A DNA stretch of 62,196 nt, counting the filler, from Deltaproteobacteria bacterium (GTDB lineage: Bacteria; JAEEML01), in NCBI GenBank assembly GCA_016283195.1. It is 5 parts of 5 records of this genome, joined end to end, with 100 filler letters (N's around TTAATTAATTAA, not from the genome) between each part and the next. Parts side by side here need not be neighbours in the genome. Positions count along the whole stretch, not along the records: positions 1 to 16,433 come from JAEEML010000086.1; 4 more parts are not named here. One strand, written 5' to 3'. Under the pieces are notes generated by a model, which saw nothing but the letters and a program-made list of their open reading frames with translations, was not told where the DNA came from and made no database searches. Below are positions 1 through 9,685 of the stretch, in pieces (the first letter of the stretch is position 1; each line of letters starts with the position of its first letter). Made by a program: the position numbers and the translations under genes.

Positions 1-43
1 GACAAAGGCCACTAATTGGCTCTATAAGCCCTTTTCGCTGGGT

Positions 44-120
<77 letters not shown>

Positions 121-131
121 TTTTTGAATAT

Positions 132-158
132 AAAGCTCCCCGGTGGAGCTTTTTTTTT
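132..158 (+). terminator. intrinsic terminator after tRNA-Arg
   Basis: AAAGCTCC-ccggt-GGAGCTTT hairpin running into a T tract. Confidence 0.8.
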
Positions 159-195
159 GCCTTTTTTCCGGATTTTCCGCCCAAAGGATTTTTCC

Positions 196-1119
196 ATGGC
201 TTATTCGGCTGGCACTGAGTCTTATCGCCTTAATCTTTTAGACGAACTTGAGGCCGAAAGCATTTATATTATTCGCGAAGTGGCCGCCACCTTTGAAAAG
301 CCGGTGATGCTTTACTCCATCGGCAAAGATTCCTCTGTGATGCTGCATCTCGCTAGGCGTGCTTTTTATCCGGCGCCTGTGCCCTTTCCGCTGCTCCATG
401 TGGATACCGGCTTTAAATTCCCGGAAATGTATGAATTTAGGGATAATTTTTGCCGTGAAATTGGGGCGGATCTCAGAGTGTTTCGCCATGAGGAGGCAAT
501 AGCCGCCGGCACCGACCCCTGGCAGCTCGGTACTCAGCGCTGCTGCGCTCTTTTAAAGACCAAAGCTCTCCTTTTGGCGCTTAAAGAGGGCGGCTATGAT
601 GCCGCTTTTGGTGGAGCGCGCCGCGAGGAGGAGCGCAGCCGGGCCAAAGAGCGCGTTTTTTCTTTTCGCGATATTTACGGCCAGTGGGATCCCAAAAAGC
701 AGCGTCCGGAAATTTGGGACCAATATAACGGGCGCATTTTTCAAGGCGAAAGTATTAGGGTTTTTCCGCTCTCCAACTGGACAGAGCTGGATATCTGGCA
801 ATACATCGAACGCGAAAAAATCCCGGTGGTACCGCTATACTTTGCCAAAAAACGCCGGGTTATTCGCCGCGGCGAGCTGCTTATTCCCTATAGCCCGGCC
901 ACCCCACTTAAAAAAGGCGAAGCGGCTGAGGAAGTTTTTTGCCGTTTCCGCACTCTGGGCTGCTACCCCTGCACCGGCGCTATTCCTTCTGCAGCGCAAA
1001 CAGTTAAAGAAATTATCGCGGAGCTCACCGGCACCCAGCTTTCCGAGCGCATTACCCGGGTGATTGACCACGATAGCGACGGTTCTATGGAAAAAAAGAA
1101 GCGCGAAGGCTATTTTTAA
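196..1119 (+). CDS. cysD: sulfate adenylyltransferase subunit 2
   Basis: [41 protein letters not shown]-terminal [11 protein letters not shown]; start moved to ATG 196 behind AAAGGA. Confidence 0.95.
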   Translation: MAYSAGTESYRLNLLDELEAESIYIIREVAATFEKPVMLYSIGKDSSVMLHLARRAFYPAPVPFPLLHVDTGFKFPEMYEFRDNFCREIGADLRVFRHEEAIAAGTDPWQLGTQRCCALLKTKALLLALKEGGYDAAFGGARREEERSRAKERVFSFRDIYGQWDPKKQRPEIWDQYNGRIFQGESIRVFPLSNWTELDIWQYIEREKIPVVPLYFAKKRRVIRRGELLIPYSPATPLKKGEAAEEVFCRFRTLGCYPCTGAIPSAAQTVKEIIAELTGTQLSERITRVIDHDSDGSMEKKKREGYF

Positions 1120-1207
1120 TATCAAAATGCCCCTTTTCACTAGACACATTTTAAATAATTTGGCATTGCTTTAGTGCCCTTTGGGGTTATTTTTACGAGG
1201 TAAAAAA

Positions 1208-3013
1208 ATGATAAAAAAAATCCTGCCCACAAGTTGCCTTTTTGCTCTGCTTTTGGGCGCTATGCCTTTAAATGCCGCTCCTACCGACGGAGCGAGCGAT
1301 AATTTTGATGCCGCCTCCGAAGAGGCGCTGACAACCGAAACCGCCCCCACTGCCGAAAGCGCTGCCACAAGCGCAGAAGTTACTTTGGCTAAAGAAGAAG
1401 AGGCCAAGGAGATGGCCACTGGCGATGCCGCTTCCGAAGAAAGCGCCGCCAAAGAGGGCGAAGAAGCTACGCCGCCCAAAAAGCGCTGGCGCCTCTTAGC
1501 CGGCCGCAGCGATATTTTTGACCTCGATGGCTATATGCGCGTGAGAGGCAATATTTATCACAATCTCGATCTCGGCAATGAAGCTTCGCGCTTTAGCAAA
1601 GGGCCTTCTGGTGAATCCACCTCGGCCTCTTTTGATATGCGTCTGCGCCTGGAACCGGTGATAAATATTACCCAGTTTATCAGAGTGGCCGCTACTTTTG
1701 ATGTGCTCGATAATGTGGTTTTTGGCTCAAATCCGGCCGGTGATGCCACCATGCTCTCCCACACTCAGGGCGACTCATTTTTAGCCGATGCCATTAAGGT
1801 GCGCCGCCTCTGGCTGGAAGCTGATTTCTTTAGCGGCCATTTGCGCGTTATTGCCGGCCGTGTGCCCTCGCACTTTGGCCTCGGCATGTATTACAACGAC
1901 GGCAACTGCCTCGATTGCGACCTCTCCGACGCCGCCGACCGCATCCAGCTGGTTATTGACCTCGATGTTATTTCCATTGCGCCAACTTTTGACATGATCT
2001 CTTCGGGCCTGGCCAATCCTTATAATATAAATAGCGACCAACCGCTTGATTTTGATAATGTCGATGATGCCTTTGAGTTTTCATTGCAACTGGGCCGCCG
2101 CCACACGCAACAGGAGATTGCCGAACTGACCGGCGCCGGTAAAATGCTGGTTGATTGGGGGGCGGCGCCTATTTTCCGCCACCAGGCGCGGGCCGTTAAA
2201 TCCACTTATAATGCCGCTACAGGTAGCCTGAGCGATGCTTATTATCGCACCGATGCCAATACTTATGCTCTTGATGCCTGGGTAGGCTTTTATTCCGAGC
2301 AGCTTTCGCTGGAACTCGAAGGGCTCTTCCTCTATGCCAGCTATAAAGTGGAAAATGATGAAGTGGACACTAAGCGCACCGCTCTCCAGTGGGGCTTTGC
2401 TTTTGAAGGGCGCTACCGCCCCAAACAACTGGCCAGAAAGTTGGAAGTTAGCCTCATTGCCGGTGTAGCCAGCGGCGATGATTCCAAAGGCTTTGGCTTT
2501 AACGACCCGGATAGCCAGGCCGGCGCCGGTGACACAAGTGTGAATAATTTTCAATTTCATCCGTCATATCATGTGGATATGATTCTCTTCCGCCAACTTG
2601 TCGGCACAGTTACCGATGCCTTTTATATTAAGCCTTCGGTTAGTTATCTCTTTACCGACCATTTTGGCGGCATGGCCGGCGTGCTCTATGGCCAAGCTCT
2701 TTATGCCAATTCTACGCCCAGCCGCGAAAAGAGCCCCTTAGGCGTAGAAATAAATGTGGAACTCTTCTTCCGCAGCGATGGCGTGGTGGGTGTTGAAGGC
2801 TTTGATTATCCCTGGGGGCGCAATGTTAAGCGCATCAGCGGCGAAACCAAATCCCAGCCGGCCAAAGGCGGAGTTATCGGCTCACTTTCTTATGGCCTGC
2901 TCTTCCCCTTAAAAGGTTGGCGTAACCCCAACCTCTCGGTTTTAGACGAAGATGAACGCGACCCGGAAACCATGGTACATGCCTTTTTAGCCCGCGTCGG
3001 CGTGGTCTTTTAA
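1208..3013 (+). CDS. outer-membrane beta-barrel protein, TIGR04551-like (myxobacterial)
   Basis: signal peptide, acidic Ala/Glu linker, LDGYMRVRG..HNLDL, GRVPSHFGLG..YNDGNCLDCD, NNFQFHPSYHVDMILFRQ, terminal Phe. Confidence 0.75.
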   Translation: MIKKILPTSCLFALLLGAMPLNAAPTDGASDNFDAASEEALTTETAPTAESAATSAEVTLAKEEEAKEMATGDAASEESAAKEGEEATPPKKRWRLLAGRSDIFDLDGYMRVRGNIYHNLDLGNEASRFSKGPSGESTSASFDMRLRLEPVINITQFIRVAATFDVLDNVVFGSNPAGDATMLSHTQGDSFLADAIKVRRLWLEADFFSGHLRVIAGRVPSHFGLGMYYNDGNCLDCDLSDAADRIQLVIDLDVISIAPTFDMISSGLANPYNINSDQPLDFDNVDDAFEFSLQLGRRHTQQEIAELTGAGKMLVDWGAAPIFRHQARAVKSTYNAATGSLSDAYYRTDANTYALDAWVGFYSEQLSLELEGLFLYASYKVENDEVDTKRTALQWGFAFEGRYRPKQLARKLEVSLIAGVASGDDSKGFGFNDPDSQAGAGDTSVNNFQFHPSYHVDMILFRQLVGTVTDAFYIKPSVSYLFTDHFGGMAGVLYGQALYANSTPSREKSPLGVEINVELFFRSDGVVGVEGFDYPWGRNVKRISGETKSQPAKGGVIGSLSYGLLFPLKGWRNPNLSVLDEDERDPETMVHAFLARVGVVF

Positions 3014-3024
3014 GCGAGGTTTTT

Positions 3025-3273
3025 ATGCAATATTTATATAATACCACTGGCACCTGCGCCCGGCAGATAGCTTTTGAGCTTGATGGCGACAAAGTAACCA
3101 ATGTGCGCTTTAACGGCGGTTGCAACGGCAATTTAAAAGCCATTTCCAAATTGGTTGACGGCTGGACGGTGGAGGAAATCTGCGCCAAACTTGAGGGCAA
3201 TACTTGCGGTTATAAGCCCACTTCTTGTGCCGATCAGCTTTGTAAAGCGCTCCGCGAGGCGCAAAAAAAATGA
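3025..3273 (+). CDS. TSCPD-domain protein, TIGR03905-like
   Basis: GTCARQI, FNGGCNGNLKAISKLVDG, LEGNTCGYKPTSCADQL. Confidence 0.88.
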   Translation: MQYLYNTTGTCARQIAFELDGDKVTNVRFNGGCNGNLKAISKLVDGWTVEEICAKLEGNTCGYKPTSCADQLCKALREAQKK

Positions 3274-4220
3274 AAACCATCGCTCTTATAGGTTGCGGGC
3301 GCATCAGTAAGCGCCATATTGAGGCTATTAAAGACAACCCCAGTTTAAAAATAGCTATAGTTTGCGATATCTTAGAAGAGCGAGCTAAAGAAACGGCTGC
3401 CCTTTTAGGCTGCCCATATACCACCGATTTTCATACTATAAAAGATGTAGATGTAGCCTCTATTTTAACGCCATCAGGCCTCCATCCACGCCATGCCGCC
3501 GAAGTAGCCGAAAGCACCAATGTGCCTAATATTATTGTAGAAAAGCCCATCAGCCTGACGCTGCGCGAGGCTTATGAGCTCTTTGATAGAGCCGATAAAG
3601 CCGGAAAGCGCATCCTGCCTGTATATCAAAATCGCTATAATCCGCTGGTAGCGGCCATTAAAGAGCTGATAACAAGCGGCAAACTGGGCACTATTTATCA
3701 ATTTATCTGCAATGTGCTTTGGAATCGCAATGATGCCTATTACGCTATAGATTGGCACGGCACCCAGGAGCTCGATGGCGGCGTTCTCTATACTCAGGCC
3801 AGCCATTATGTCGATATGCTACACTTCTTTTTCGGTGAGGTGCAAGATTACAAAGGCTTTGGTGGATCTTTAAGAAATTTAGAAACTTACGATACAGTTT
3901 CCGCTGTTTGCCGCTTTAAAAACGGGGTCATCGGCACTTTGAATGCCACTGTCAATGCCTTTCCCACTAATTACCGCACCGAGATCACCATTTTGGCCGA
4001 AAAAGGGGTCATTCGCCTCTCCGGCACCAATTTAAACGAAATTGAGCACTGGACGGTGGAAGGAGTGGAAAAACCTAATTTGGATTTCTCCATCGACCAC
4101 CAATACGGCAAGGGGCACAATACGCTCTATAAATATGTGGCCGAGGAGCGTTTTGAAATGTTCCCCAGCCGCGATGATGTGCTCTCCGGCATTCGCCTTA
4201 TGGAGCGCCTTAGCTACTAA
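3270..4220 (+). CDS. Gfo/Idh/MocA oxidoreductase, WbpB/WlbA-like nucleotide-sugar 3-dehydrogenase
   Basis: IGCGRIS, TPSGLHP, EKP, QNRYNP, WHGTQELDGGVLYTQASHYVD. Confidence 0.85.
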   Translation: MKTIALIGCGRISKRHIEAIKDNPSLKIAIVCDILEERAKETAALLGCPYTTDFHTIKDVDVASILTPSGLHPRHAAEVAESTNVPNIIVEKPISLTLREAYELFDRADKAGKRILPVYQNRYNPLVAAIKELITSGKLGTIYQFICNVLWNRNDAYYAIDWHGTQELDGGVLYTQASHYVDMLHFFFGEVQDYKGFGGSLRNLETYDTVSAVCRFKNGVIGTLNATVNAFPTNYRTEITILAEKGVIRLSGTNLNEIEHWTVEGVEKPNLDFSIDHQYGKGHNTLYKYVAEERFEMFPSRDDVLSGIRLMERLSY

Positions 4221-4235
4221 ACTTCAGGAGCTAAA

Positions 4236-4880
4236 ATGGACTATTTTAAACATGAGAGCGCTTATGTCGATGAAGGCGCTATAGTTGGCTCCGGTACTAA
4301 GATTTGGCATTTTTGCCATGTGCAAAGCGGCGCAAGCATAGGCAATAATTGCATTTTAGGCCAGAATGTCAATATTGCCGGCGGCGTAACTATTGGCAAT
4401 AATGTAAAAATCCAGAATAATGTGGCTGTCTATACCGGGACAGTGGTGGAAGATGATGTCTTTTTGGGCCCTTCCTGCGTTTTGACCAATGTCACCAACC
4501 CGCGCGCGCAAATAAACCGCCATGCTCTCTATGAAAAAACGGTGATAAAACGGGGCGCCACTATTGGCGCCAATGCCACTATCGTTTGCGGAGTGACCAT
4601 CGGGCGCTATGCCTTTGTCGCCGCCGGCAGCGTGGTCACCAAAGATATTCCCGATTATGCCATGGTCATGGGCAACCCAGCGCGCATAAAGGGCTATATG
4701 AGCCGCCACGGCCACCTGCTCAAAAATGCCGATAAAGAGGGCATTATGATCTGCCCGGAATCGGGCCTCAGATACAAAGAGGTTGAAAAAGGGCTTATCC
4801 GCTGCCTCGATTTGGACGAAGAGGCGCCCCTGCCGGAAAATATGCGCCTCGGGCAAAAAAGCTACGATTCTTATAAATAA
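4236..4880 (+). CDS. hexapeptide-repeat N-acetyltransferase, WbpD/WlbB-like
   Basis: GTKIWHFCHV, LGQNV, KIQNNV, FLGPSCVLTNVTNPR, GATIGANATIVCG. Confidence 0.88.
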   Translation: MDYFKHESAYVDEGAIVGSGTKIWHFCHVQSGASIGNNCILGQNVNIAGGVTIGNNVKIQNNVAVYTGTVVEDDVFLGPSCVLTNVTNPRAQINRHALYEKTVIKRGATIGANATIVCGVTIGRYAFVAAGSVVTKDIPDYAMVMGNPARIKGYMSRHGHLLKNADKEGIMICPESGLRYKEVEKGLIRCLDLDEEAPLPENMRLGQKSYDSYK

Positions 4881-4890
4881 TTGATAAATA

Positions 4891-6372
4891 TCAGCAGGTT
4901 TCTTTTTTAACCAGGCGCGCATAAAAGAATTTATCAAAATCCTTGAACATAAGCGGCGAATAAACTCCATGCGGGTAAATAGCCGGCAGCAATCTCAGCT
5001 TCTCCAAAGGAATTTCCGGCGGCAAATATGGCGGATCGGCAAGCTTTAGCTCCGGGTGCCTTTGCAAAAGATTATCCACTTGCATAAAAGATTCGGCCTT
5101 ACTAAGAGTGCACAAAGTATAGAGCAAAACTCCCCCGGGAGCCAGATGCTTTAGGGCATTTTCCAAGATACTCTCTTGTATTGCGGCCAGTTCCAGGCAC
5201 TTTTCCGGCGCTGAGCGCACTCTGAGCTCCGGGTGGCGGCGCAGCGTCCCCAGCCCGGAACAGGGGGCATCACATAATATGGCTTTAAAAAGCGGGCCGC
5301 TCACGGCTCCGGCCAGCGCGGCGTCAAGAGCCTCCCCGTTTGTAGCATCGGCGGCAATAAGAGTGGGCATTTTGAGCTTTAGCCGCGCCAGTTGGCGGCG
5401 GATTAAATCCAGTTTGCCGGGGTAGATATCAATAGCAGTAAGCGGCGAATCCGGGTAACACTCGGCTAAATGGCCTGTCTTGCCGCCGGGAGCGGCACAG
5501 AGTTCCAAAATATTTGCCCCCTGTTCCGGGGCCAGTAAGTAAGCGGCTAGCTGCGCCGCCCCATCCTGGATGGCAAAGTGCCCCTCATTAAAGCCGGGCC
5601 ACCCGGCGGCCTCCTGACGGCTCTTTTCTACTATGATGGCCGCCGGGAGCTCGGCAATGGGGCGCACGGTGAAGCCGGCTACCGTGAGCTCCTCCATGAG
5701 CGCGGCGCGGCCGATAAGAGGCGCATTTGCCCGAATAACCGGCCGCGCCGCCAGCAATTGCTCGCCCATAAAATTAAAAAGCTCCTCCGGGCTTAGATAT
5801 TCTGCGAGCTCCTCAGCATGCCAGGGCGGATAAGAGAGATGTATAGCGACTCCAGCGATATTTTGGGCGCCACCGGCCAAAAAAGCCAGAATTTCCTCAT
5901 TGCTAACCCGGCTATTTTCTTCATTTTTTGTCTTTAGTGGCGTTTTAGCTATCTCCCCGCGCAAAAGGCCTCTTAAAACGGCATTGACAATACCTTTATA
6001 GCGCTGGCCCAGAGGCGCCACTATTTCCACTGTTTCATTAATAGCCGCATATTCGGCCTGGCCCTCCATAAATAAGAGCTGATAAATTCCCAGGCGCAAA
6101 GCGGCACGTACCAGTGGCGGCAAGTGACTTTTCCCGCGGTGAAGAGCTTTGTCTATAATCCAATCAAGGCGAATTTGATAGCGCAAAGTGCCATAAGTAA
6201 GCTCGGTAACCATAGCCTTGTCACGGCTCTCAAAGGCCGCGCTGTCCAGCATACTTTTAAGTGTGCGCTCCGAAAAAGCGCTGTCACGCTCTACACGCTG
6301 CAAGATTTGCGCCGCCAGTTCTCGCGGTTTAAGCTCTTTTTTCTTCTTATTTTTAAGCTGTTTTTTTTCCAT
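4891..6372 (-). CDS. rsmB: 16S rRNA m5C967 methyltransferase RsmB/Sun (NusB-like N-terminal domain plus SAM MTase)
   Basis: TELTYGTLR, AINETV, VNAVLR, IQD, CAAPGGKT, DAPCSGLGTLRRHPE. Confidence 0.88.
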   Translation of the reverse strand: MEKKQLKNKKKKELKPRELAAQILQRVERDSAFSERTLKSMLDSAAFESRDKAMVTELTYGTLRYQIRLDWIIDKALHRGKSHLPPLVRAALRLGIYQLLFMEGQAEYAAINETVEIVAPLGQRYKGIVNAVLRGLLRGEIAKTPLKTKNEENSRVSNEEILAFLAGGAQNIAGVAIHLSYPPWHAEELAEYLSPEELFNFMGEQLLAARPVIRANAPLIGRAALMEELTVAGFTVRPIAELPAAIIVEKSRQEAAGWPGFNEGHFAIQDGAAQLAAYLLAPEQGANILELCAAPGGKTGHLAECYPDSPLTAIDIYPGKLDLIRRQLARLKLKMPTLIAADATNGEALDAALAGAVSGPLFKAILCDAPCSGLGTLRRHPELRVRSAPEKCLELAAIQESILENALKHLAPGGVLLYTLCTLSKAESFMQVDNLLQRHPELKLADPPYLPPEIPLEKLRLLPAIYPHGVYSPLMFKDFDKFFYARLVKKETC

Positions 6373-6430
6373 TTACCACTCCCGGCCGCCAGATTCTAAT
6401 CAAATATTTTTTCTCTGCAAGCACCAAGAG

Positions 6431-6448
6431 CTGTGAAATATTTCACAG
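6431..6448. promoter_or_regulatory. Rex operator
   Basis: perfect 18-bp palindrome CTGTGAAATATTTCACAG matching the Rex consensus TTGTGAA-N4-TTCACAA, about 100 bp upstream of rex. Confidence 0.9.
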
Positions 6449-6547
6449 AAACTTTTATATTTTTTTCATCTCTTGCGCAAAATGATCTAATGGCGCTTGA
6501 CCCCTAGCCCGGCCTGTGGTAGGGGAAAGCGCGAGAAGGGGCTCTTT

Positions 6548-7180
6548 ATGAGTAAAAAGAATACGTTTCCAATTTGCATTATCGACCGCTTAAGCGTTTA
6601 CCATCGCATATTGGATCGCGTTATGGAAGAGGGCGTAACTCACGCCTATTCTCATGAGCTGGCTGCTCTAGCCGAAGTTTCTTCGGCCCAGTTTCGCCGC
6701 GATATTGCCGCTTTCGGTAACTTTGGCAACATTTCCAAAGGCTACGATGTTGCCGAACTGCATAGAGCCATAACCAGGCTCTTCGGCACCGAAGAACGGC
6801 AGCAAGTGGTTTTGCTGGGCCTGGGCAATTTGGGCAAAACTCTCCTCTCCTATCGCGGCTTTACCATCCGCGGCTTTGATATTGTAGTAGTCTTTGATGT
6901 GGATCCCGATAAAGTGGATAGAGTAATCGGCGGCCGCCCCTGTTACCACCTTGATAAGCTGGAAGAAATTCTGCCAAAATTCGCCGCTAAGATGGCCATA
7001 TTAGCCACCGCACCGGAGAGCACCGATGAGAAACTTATCAGCCGACTTAACAATTTGGGCATTAAGGCAGTGCTTAATTTTGTGCCCAAACATTTAATTC
7101 CGCCCGAAGGTATGTTTATCGAGCAGGTAGATATTAGTGCTAAACTGGAAAAATTATCGTTTTTATTAACAAATGGGTAA
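6548..7180 (+). CDS. rex: redox-sensing transcriptional repressor Rex
   Basis: RLSVYHRIL, SHELA, QFRRDIAAFGNFG..KGYDV, GLGNLG Rossmann motif, GIKAVLNFVP; start ATG 6548. Confidence 0.93.
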   Translation: MSKKNTFPICIIDRLSVYHRILDRVMEEGVTHAYSHELAALAEVSSAQFRRDIAAFGNFGNISKGYDVAELHRAITRLFGTEERQQVVLLGLGNLGKTLLSYRGFTIRGFDIVVVFDVDPDKVDRVIGGRPCYHLDKLEEILPKFAAKMAILATAPESTDEKLISRLNNLGIKAVLNFVPKHLIPPEGMFIEQVDISAKLEKLSFLLTNG

Positions 7181-7205
7181 TAAAGCCCATATAAGGAGAT
7201 ACAAA

Positions 7206-7676
7206 ATGGGTCTTATCAAGCAGGTTGAGGAACTACTTGCGGACTACACAGATTGCGGGAAAGACAAGCTCATTCCCATGTTGCAAACTGTGCAGGAGCA
7301 TCTGGGTTATGTTCCCACTGAGGCCATGGAAATTATTGCTAAAAAGCTCGATGCCAAGAGCAGCGAAGTCTATGCTGTGGCCACTTTTTATAACCAATTT
7401 CGTCTGGCGCCCATCGGCAAGCACGTCATTGAAGTTTGCCGTGGTACCGCCTGCCATGTGCAAGGCAGCGCCAAACTCGAAAGCTATTTAAAAGAAAAAT
7501 TACAGGTGGATGCCTATGGCAATTCACCGGATGGCCAGTTCACCCTGATTACCGTGGCCTGTATGGGCGCTTGCTCCATCGCTCCGGTAATTAAAATTGA
7601 TGGTGAGTTTTACGGCCACCTGAATACAGAAAAACTGGAAACCCTGTTGGCTAAATTTAGGGAGGTAAAAGCATGA
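7206..7676 (+). CDS. hydC: [FeFe]-hydrogenase gamma subunit (NuoE/HndA-like, thioredoxin-like [2Fe-2S])
   Basis: VATFYNQF, CRGTACHV, CMGACSIAP; start ATG 7206 behind AAGGAG. Confidence 0.9.
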   Translation: MGLIKQVEELLADYTDCGKDKLIPMLQTVQEHLGYVPTEAMEIIAKKLDAKSSEVYAVATFYNQFRLAPIGKHVIEVCRGTACHVQGSAKLESYLKEKLQVDAYGNSPDGQFTLITVACMGACSIAPVIKIDGEFYGHLNTEKLETLLAKFREVKA

Positions 7677-9685
7677 CCACCAATTTACTGGCCCCCTGTT
7701 GTGAAAAATGCACTCATTCTCCGGAAAAGCCCTGCCGCTTTCTCATTGAATGCGCCTTAAGCGGCCCCAAATGTCATGATGATGAAAAATGCCATGCTTT
7801 AAGAGCTGCCCGTTTAAGCGAGCTCAAAAAAGCCGATAAAGTTACCCTCTTCCACGTGGGCACCGGCACCTGCGGTCTCGCCAACGGCGCCGCCGCCATC
7901 ATCAAAAAGATCGAAGAATTTTGCGGCGAAAATAAGATCGAACACAAGATTATCGGTGTGGGCTGCGCCGGTTACTGCCAGCGCGAAGTTATGGTGGATA
8001 TCACCATGCCCGGCGAGCCGCGCCTGGCCTATTGCGACTTAAGTCCCGATAATATTTTAGATTTTCTCAAAACATTCTTTATTGATAAAAACTGGAACAA
8101 CCGCTGGTTTTTAGGCCGCCAGGATAAAGAAGCCACCGGCGAGTGGGCCAAAGTACCCCATGTGAGCGAAGACCGTTTCTTCAAATTGCAAAAGAAAGTG
8201 GTCTTGGAAAACTGCGGTATTGTTGACCCCTTGAGCCTCGATTCGGCCATTGCCAGCGGCACTTTCTCCGCTATCAGCAAGGTGCTCTCCGGCTATACTC
8301 CGGAAAAAGTGTGTGAAGAGGTACTAAAAGCCAATTTGCGCGGCCGTGGCGGCGCCGGCTTCCCCACCGGCAAAAAGTGGCAAATCGCTCAGCAACAAAA
8401 AAATGCCACCAAATACCTAATTTGCAATGCTGATGAAGGCGATCCCGGCGCTTTTATGGATAGAGCCGTCATTGAAGGCGACCCCTTCCGCCTCATCGAA
8501 GGCATGATGATTGCCGCCTATACCATCGGCGCCAGCCATGGCTATGTTTATTGCCGCGCCGAGTATCCGCTGGCCATCGAGCGCCTCACCAAAGCCATTG
8601 AAACCTGCCGCAAGGTTGGTCTTTTAGGCCACAACATTTTAGACAGCCTCTTCTCTTTTGATATCACCATCAAGAAGGGGGCAGGCGCCTTTGTCTGCGG
8701 TGAAGAAACAGCTATTCTGGCCAGTATCGAAGGCGGCCGCGGTATGCCGCGTCCCCGCCCGCCCTTCCCGGCCGTCAAAGGGCTCTTTGGCTACCCCACT
8801 GTCTTAAACAATGTGGAAACTCTGGCTAATATTCCTCCGCTAATGTTACACGGCGCCGACTGGTTCAAGAGCATGGGCACCGAAAAGAGCGGCGGCACCA
8901 AAGTCTTTGCCCTCTCCGGCGAAGTTTCCACCACCGGCCTTGTGGAAGTGCCCATCGGCACCTCGCTGCGCACCGTTATTGAAGAAATCGGCGGCGGCGC
9001 CAAACCTGGCCACACCATCAAAGCCGTGCAAATCGGCGGCCCCTCCGGCGGCTGTATCCCGCGTGAGCACCTCGATGTGCCCATTGATTATGAGACATTG
9101 CGCCAAAAGGGCGCCATGATGGGTTCCGGCGGCCTCGTGGTTATGGATGAGCGCACTTGCATGGTGGATCTAGCTAAATTCTTTATGAATTTTATCCGCA
9201 GCGAATCTTGCGGCAAATGCGTCCCCTGCCGTGAAGGCACCACCCGCATGTATGAAATTTTAAAAGCGCTCACCGAAAAGCCGCAAACAGAAGAAGAGCG
9301 CCAGTTCCGCATAGACGGCATGGCCCACTTAAAAGAACTGGCTGAGACGGTGATGGATGCTTCACTCTGTGGTTTGGGGCAAACGGCTTCCAACCCCATT
9401 CTCTCAACTTTGCGCTATTTTGCAAATGAATATGAGGCTCATCTTAATGAGATGGCCTGCCCGGCTGATGTCTGCCAGGGGCTTAGAAGTTATGAAATAA
9501 TCCCCGAAAAGTGTATCGGCTGTGCCCTCTGCGCTAAAAAGTGCCCGGTGGGAGCCATTTCCGGCAAGCTGAAAGAGCCGCATGTTATCGACGCCGCCCG
9601 TTGTACCGGCTGCGGTTCTTGTATAGCTGCTTGCAAGAAAAATGCCATTATTGTTAAAAAATACTCTCATAAAGGGGAGGAATGA
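7673..9685 (+). CDS. hydB: [FeFe]-hydrogenase beta (diaphorase) subunit, NuoF-like, with N-terminal thioredoxin-like and C-terminal 2x[4Fe-4S] domains
   Basis: LRGRGGAGFPTG, NADEGDPGAFMDR, FVCGEET, GGPSGG, ESCGKCVPCREG, SLCGLG, CIGCALCAKKCP, CTGCGSCIAAC. Confidence 0.93.
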   Translation: MTTNLLAPCCEKCTHSPEKPCRFLIECALSGPKCHDDEKCHALRAARLSELKKADKVTLFHVGTGTCGLANGAAAIIKKIEEFCGENKIEHKIIGVGCAGYCQREVMVDITMPGEPRLAYCDLSPDNILDFLKTFFIDKNWNNRWFLGRQDKEATGEWAKVPHVSEDRFFKLQKKVVLENCGIVDPLSLDSAIASGTFSAISKVLSGYTPEKVCEEVLKANLRGRGGAGFPTGKKWQIAQQQKNATKYLICNADEGDPGAFMDRAVIEGDPFRLIEGMMIAAYTIGASHGYVYCRAEYPLAIERLTKAIETCRKVGLLGHNILDSLFSFDITIKKGAGAFVCGEETAILASIEGGRGMPRPRPPFPAVKGLFGYPTVLNNVETLANIPPLMLHGADWFKSMGTEKSGGTKVFALSGEVSTTGLVEVPIGTSLRTVIEEIGGGAKPGHTIKAVQIGGPSGGCIPREHLDVPIDYETLRQKGAMMGSGGLVVMDERTCMVDLAKFFMNFIRSESCGKCVPCREGTTRMYEILKALTEKPQTEEERQFRIDGMAHLKELAETVMDASLCGLGQTASNPILSTLRYFANEYEAHLNEMACPADVCQGLRSYEIIPEKCIGCALCAKKCPVGAISGKLKEPHVIDAARCTGCGSCIAACKKNAIIVKKYSHKGEE

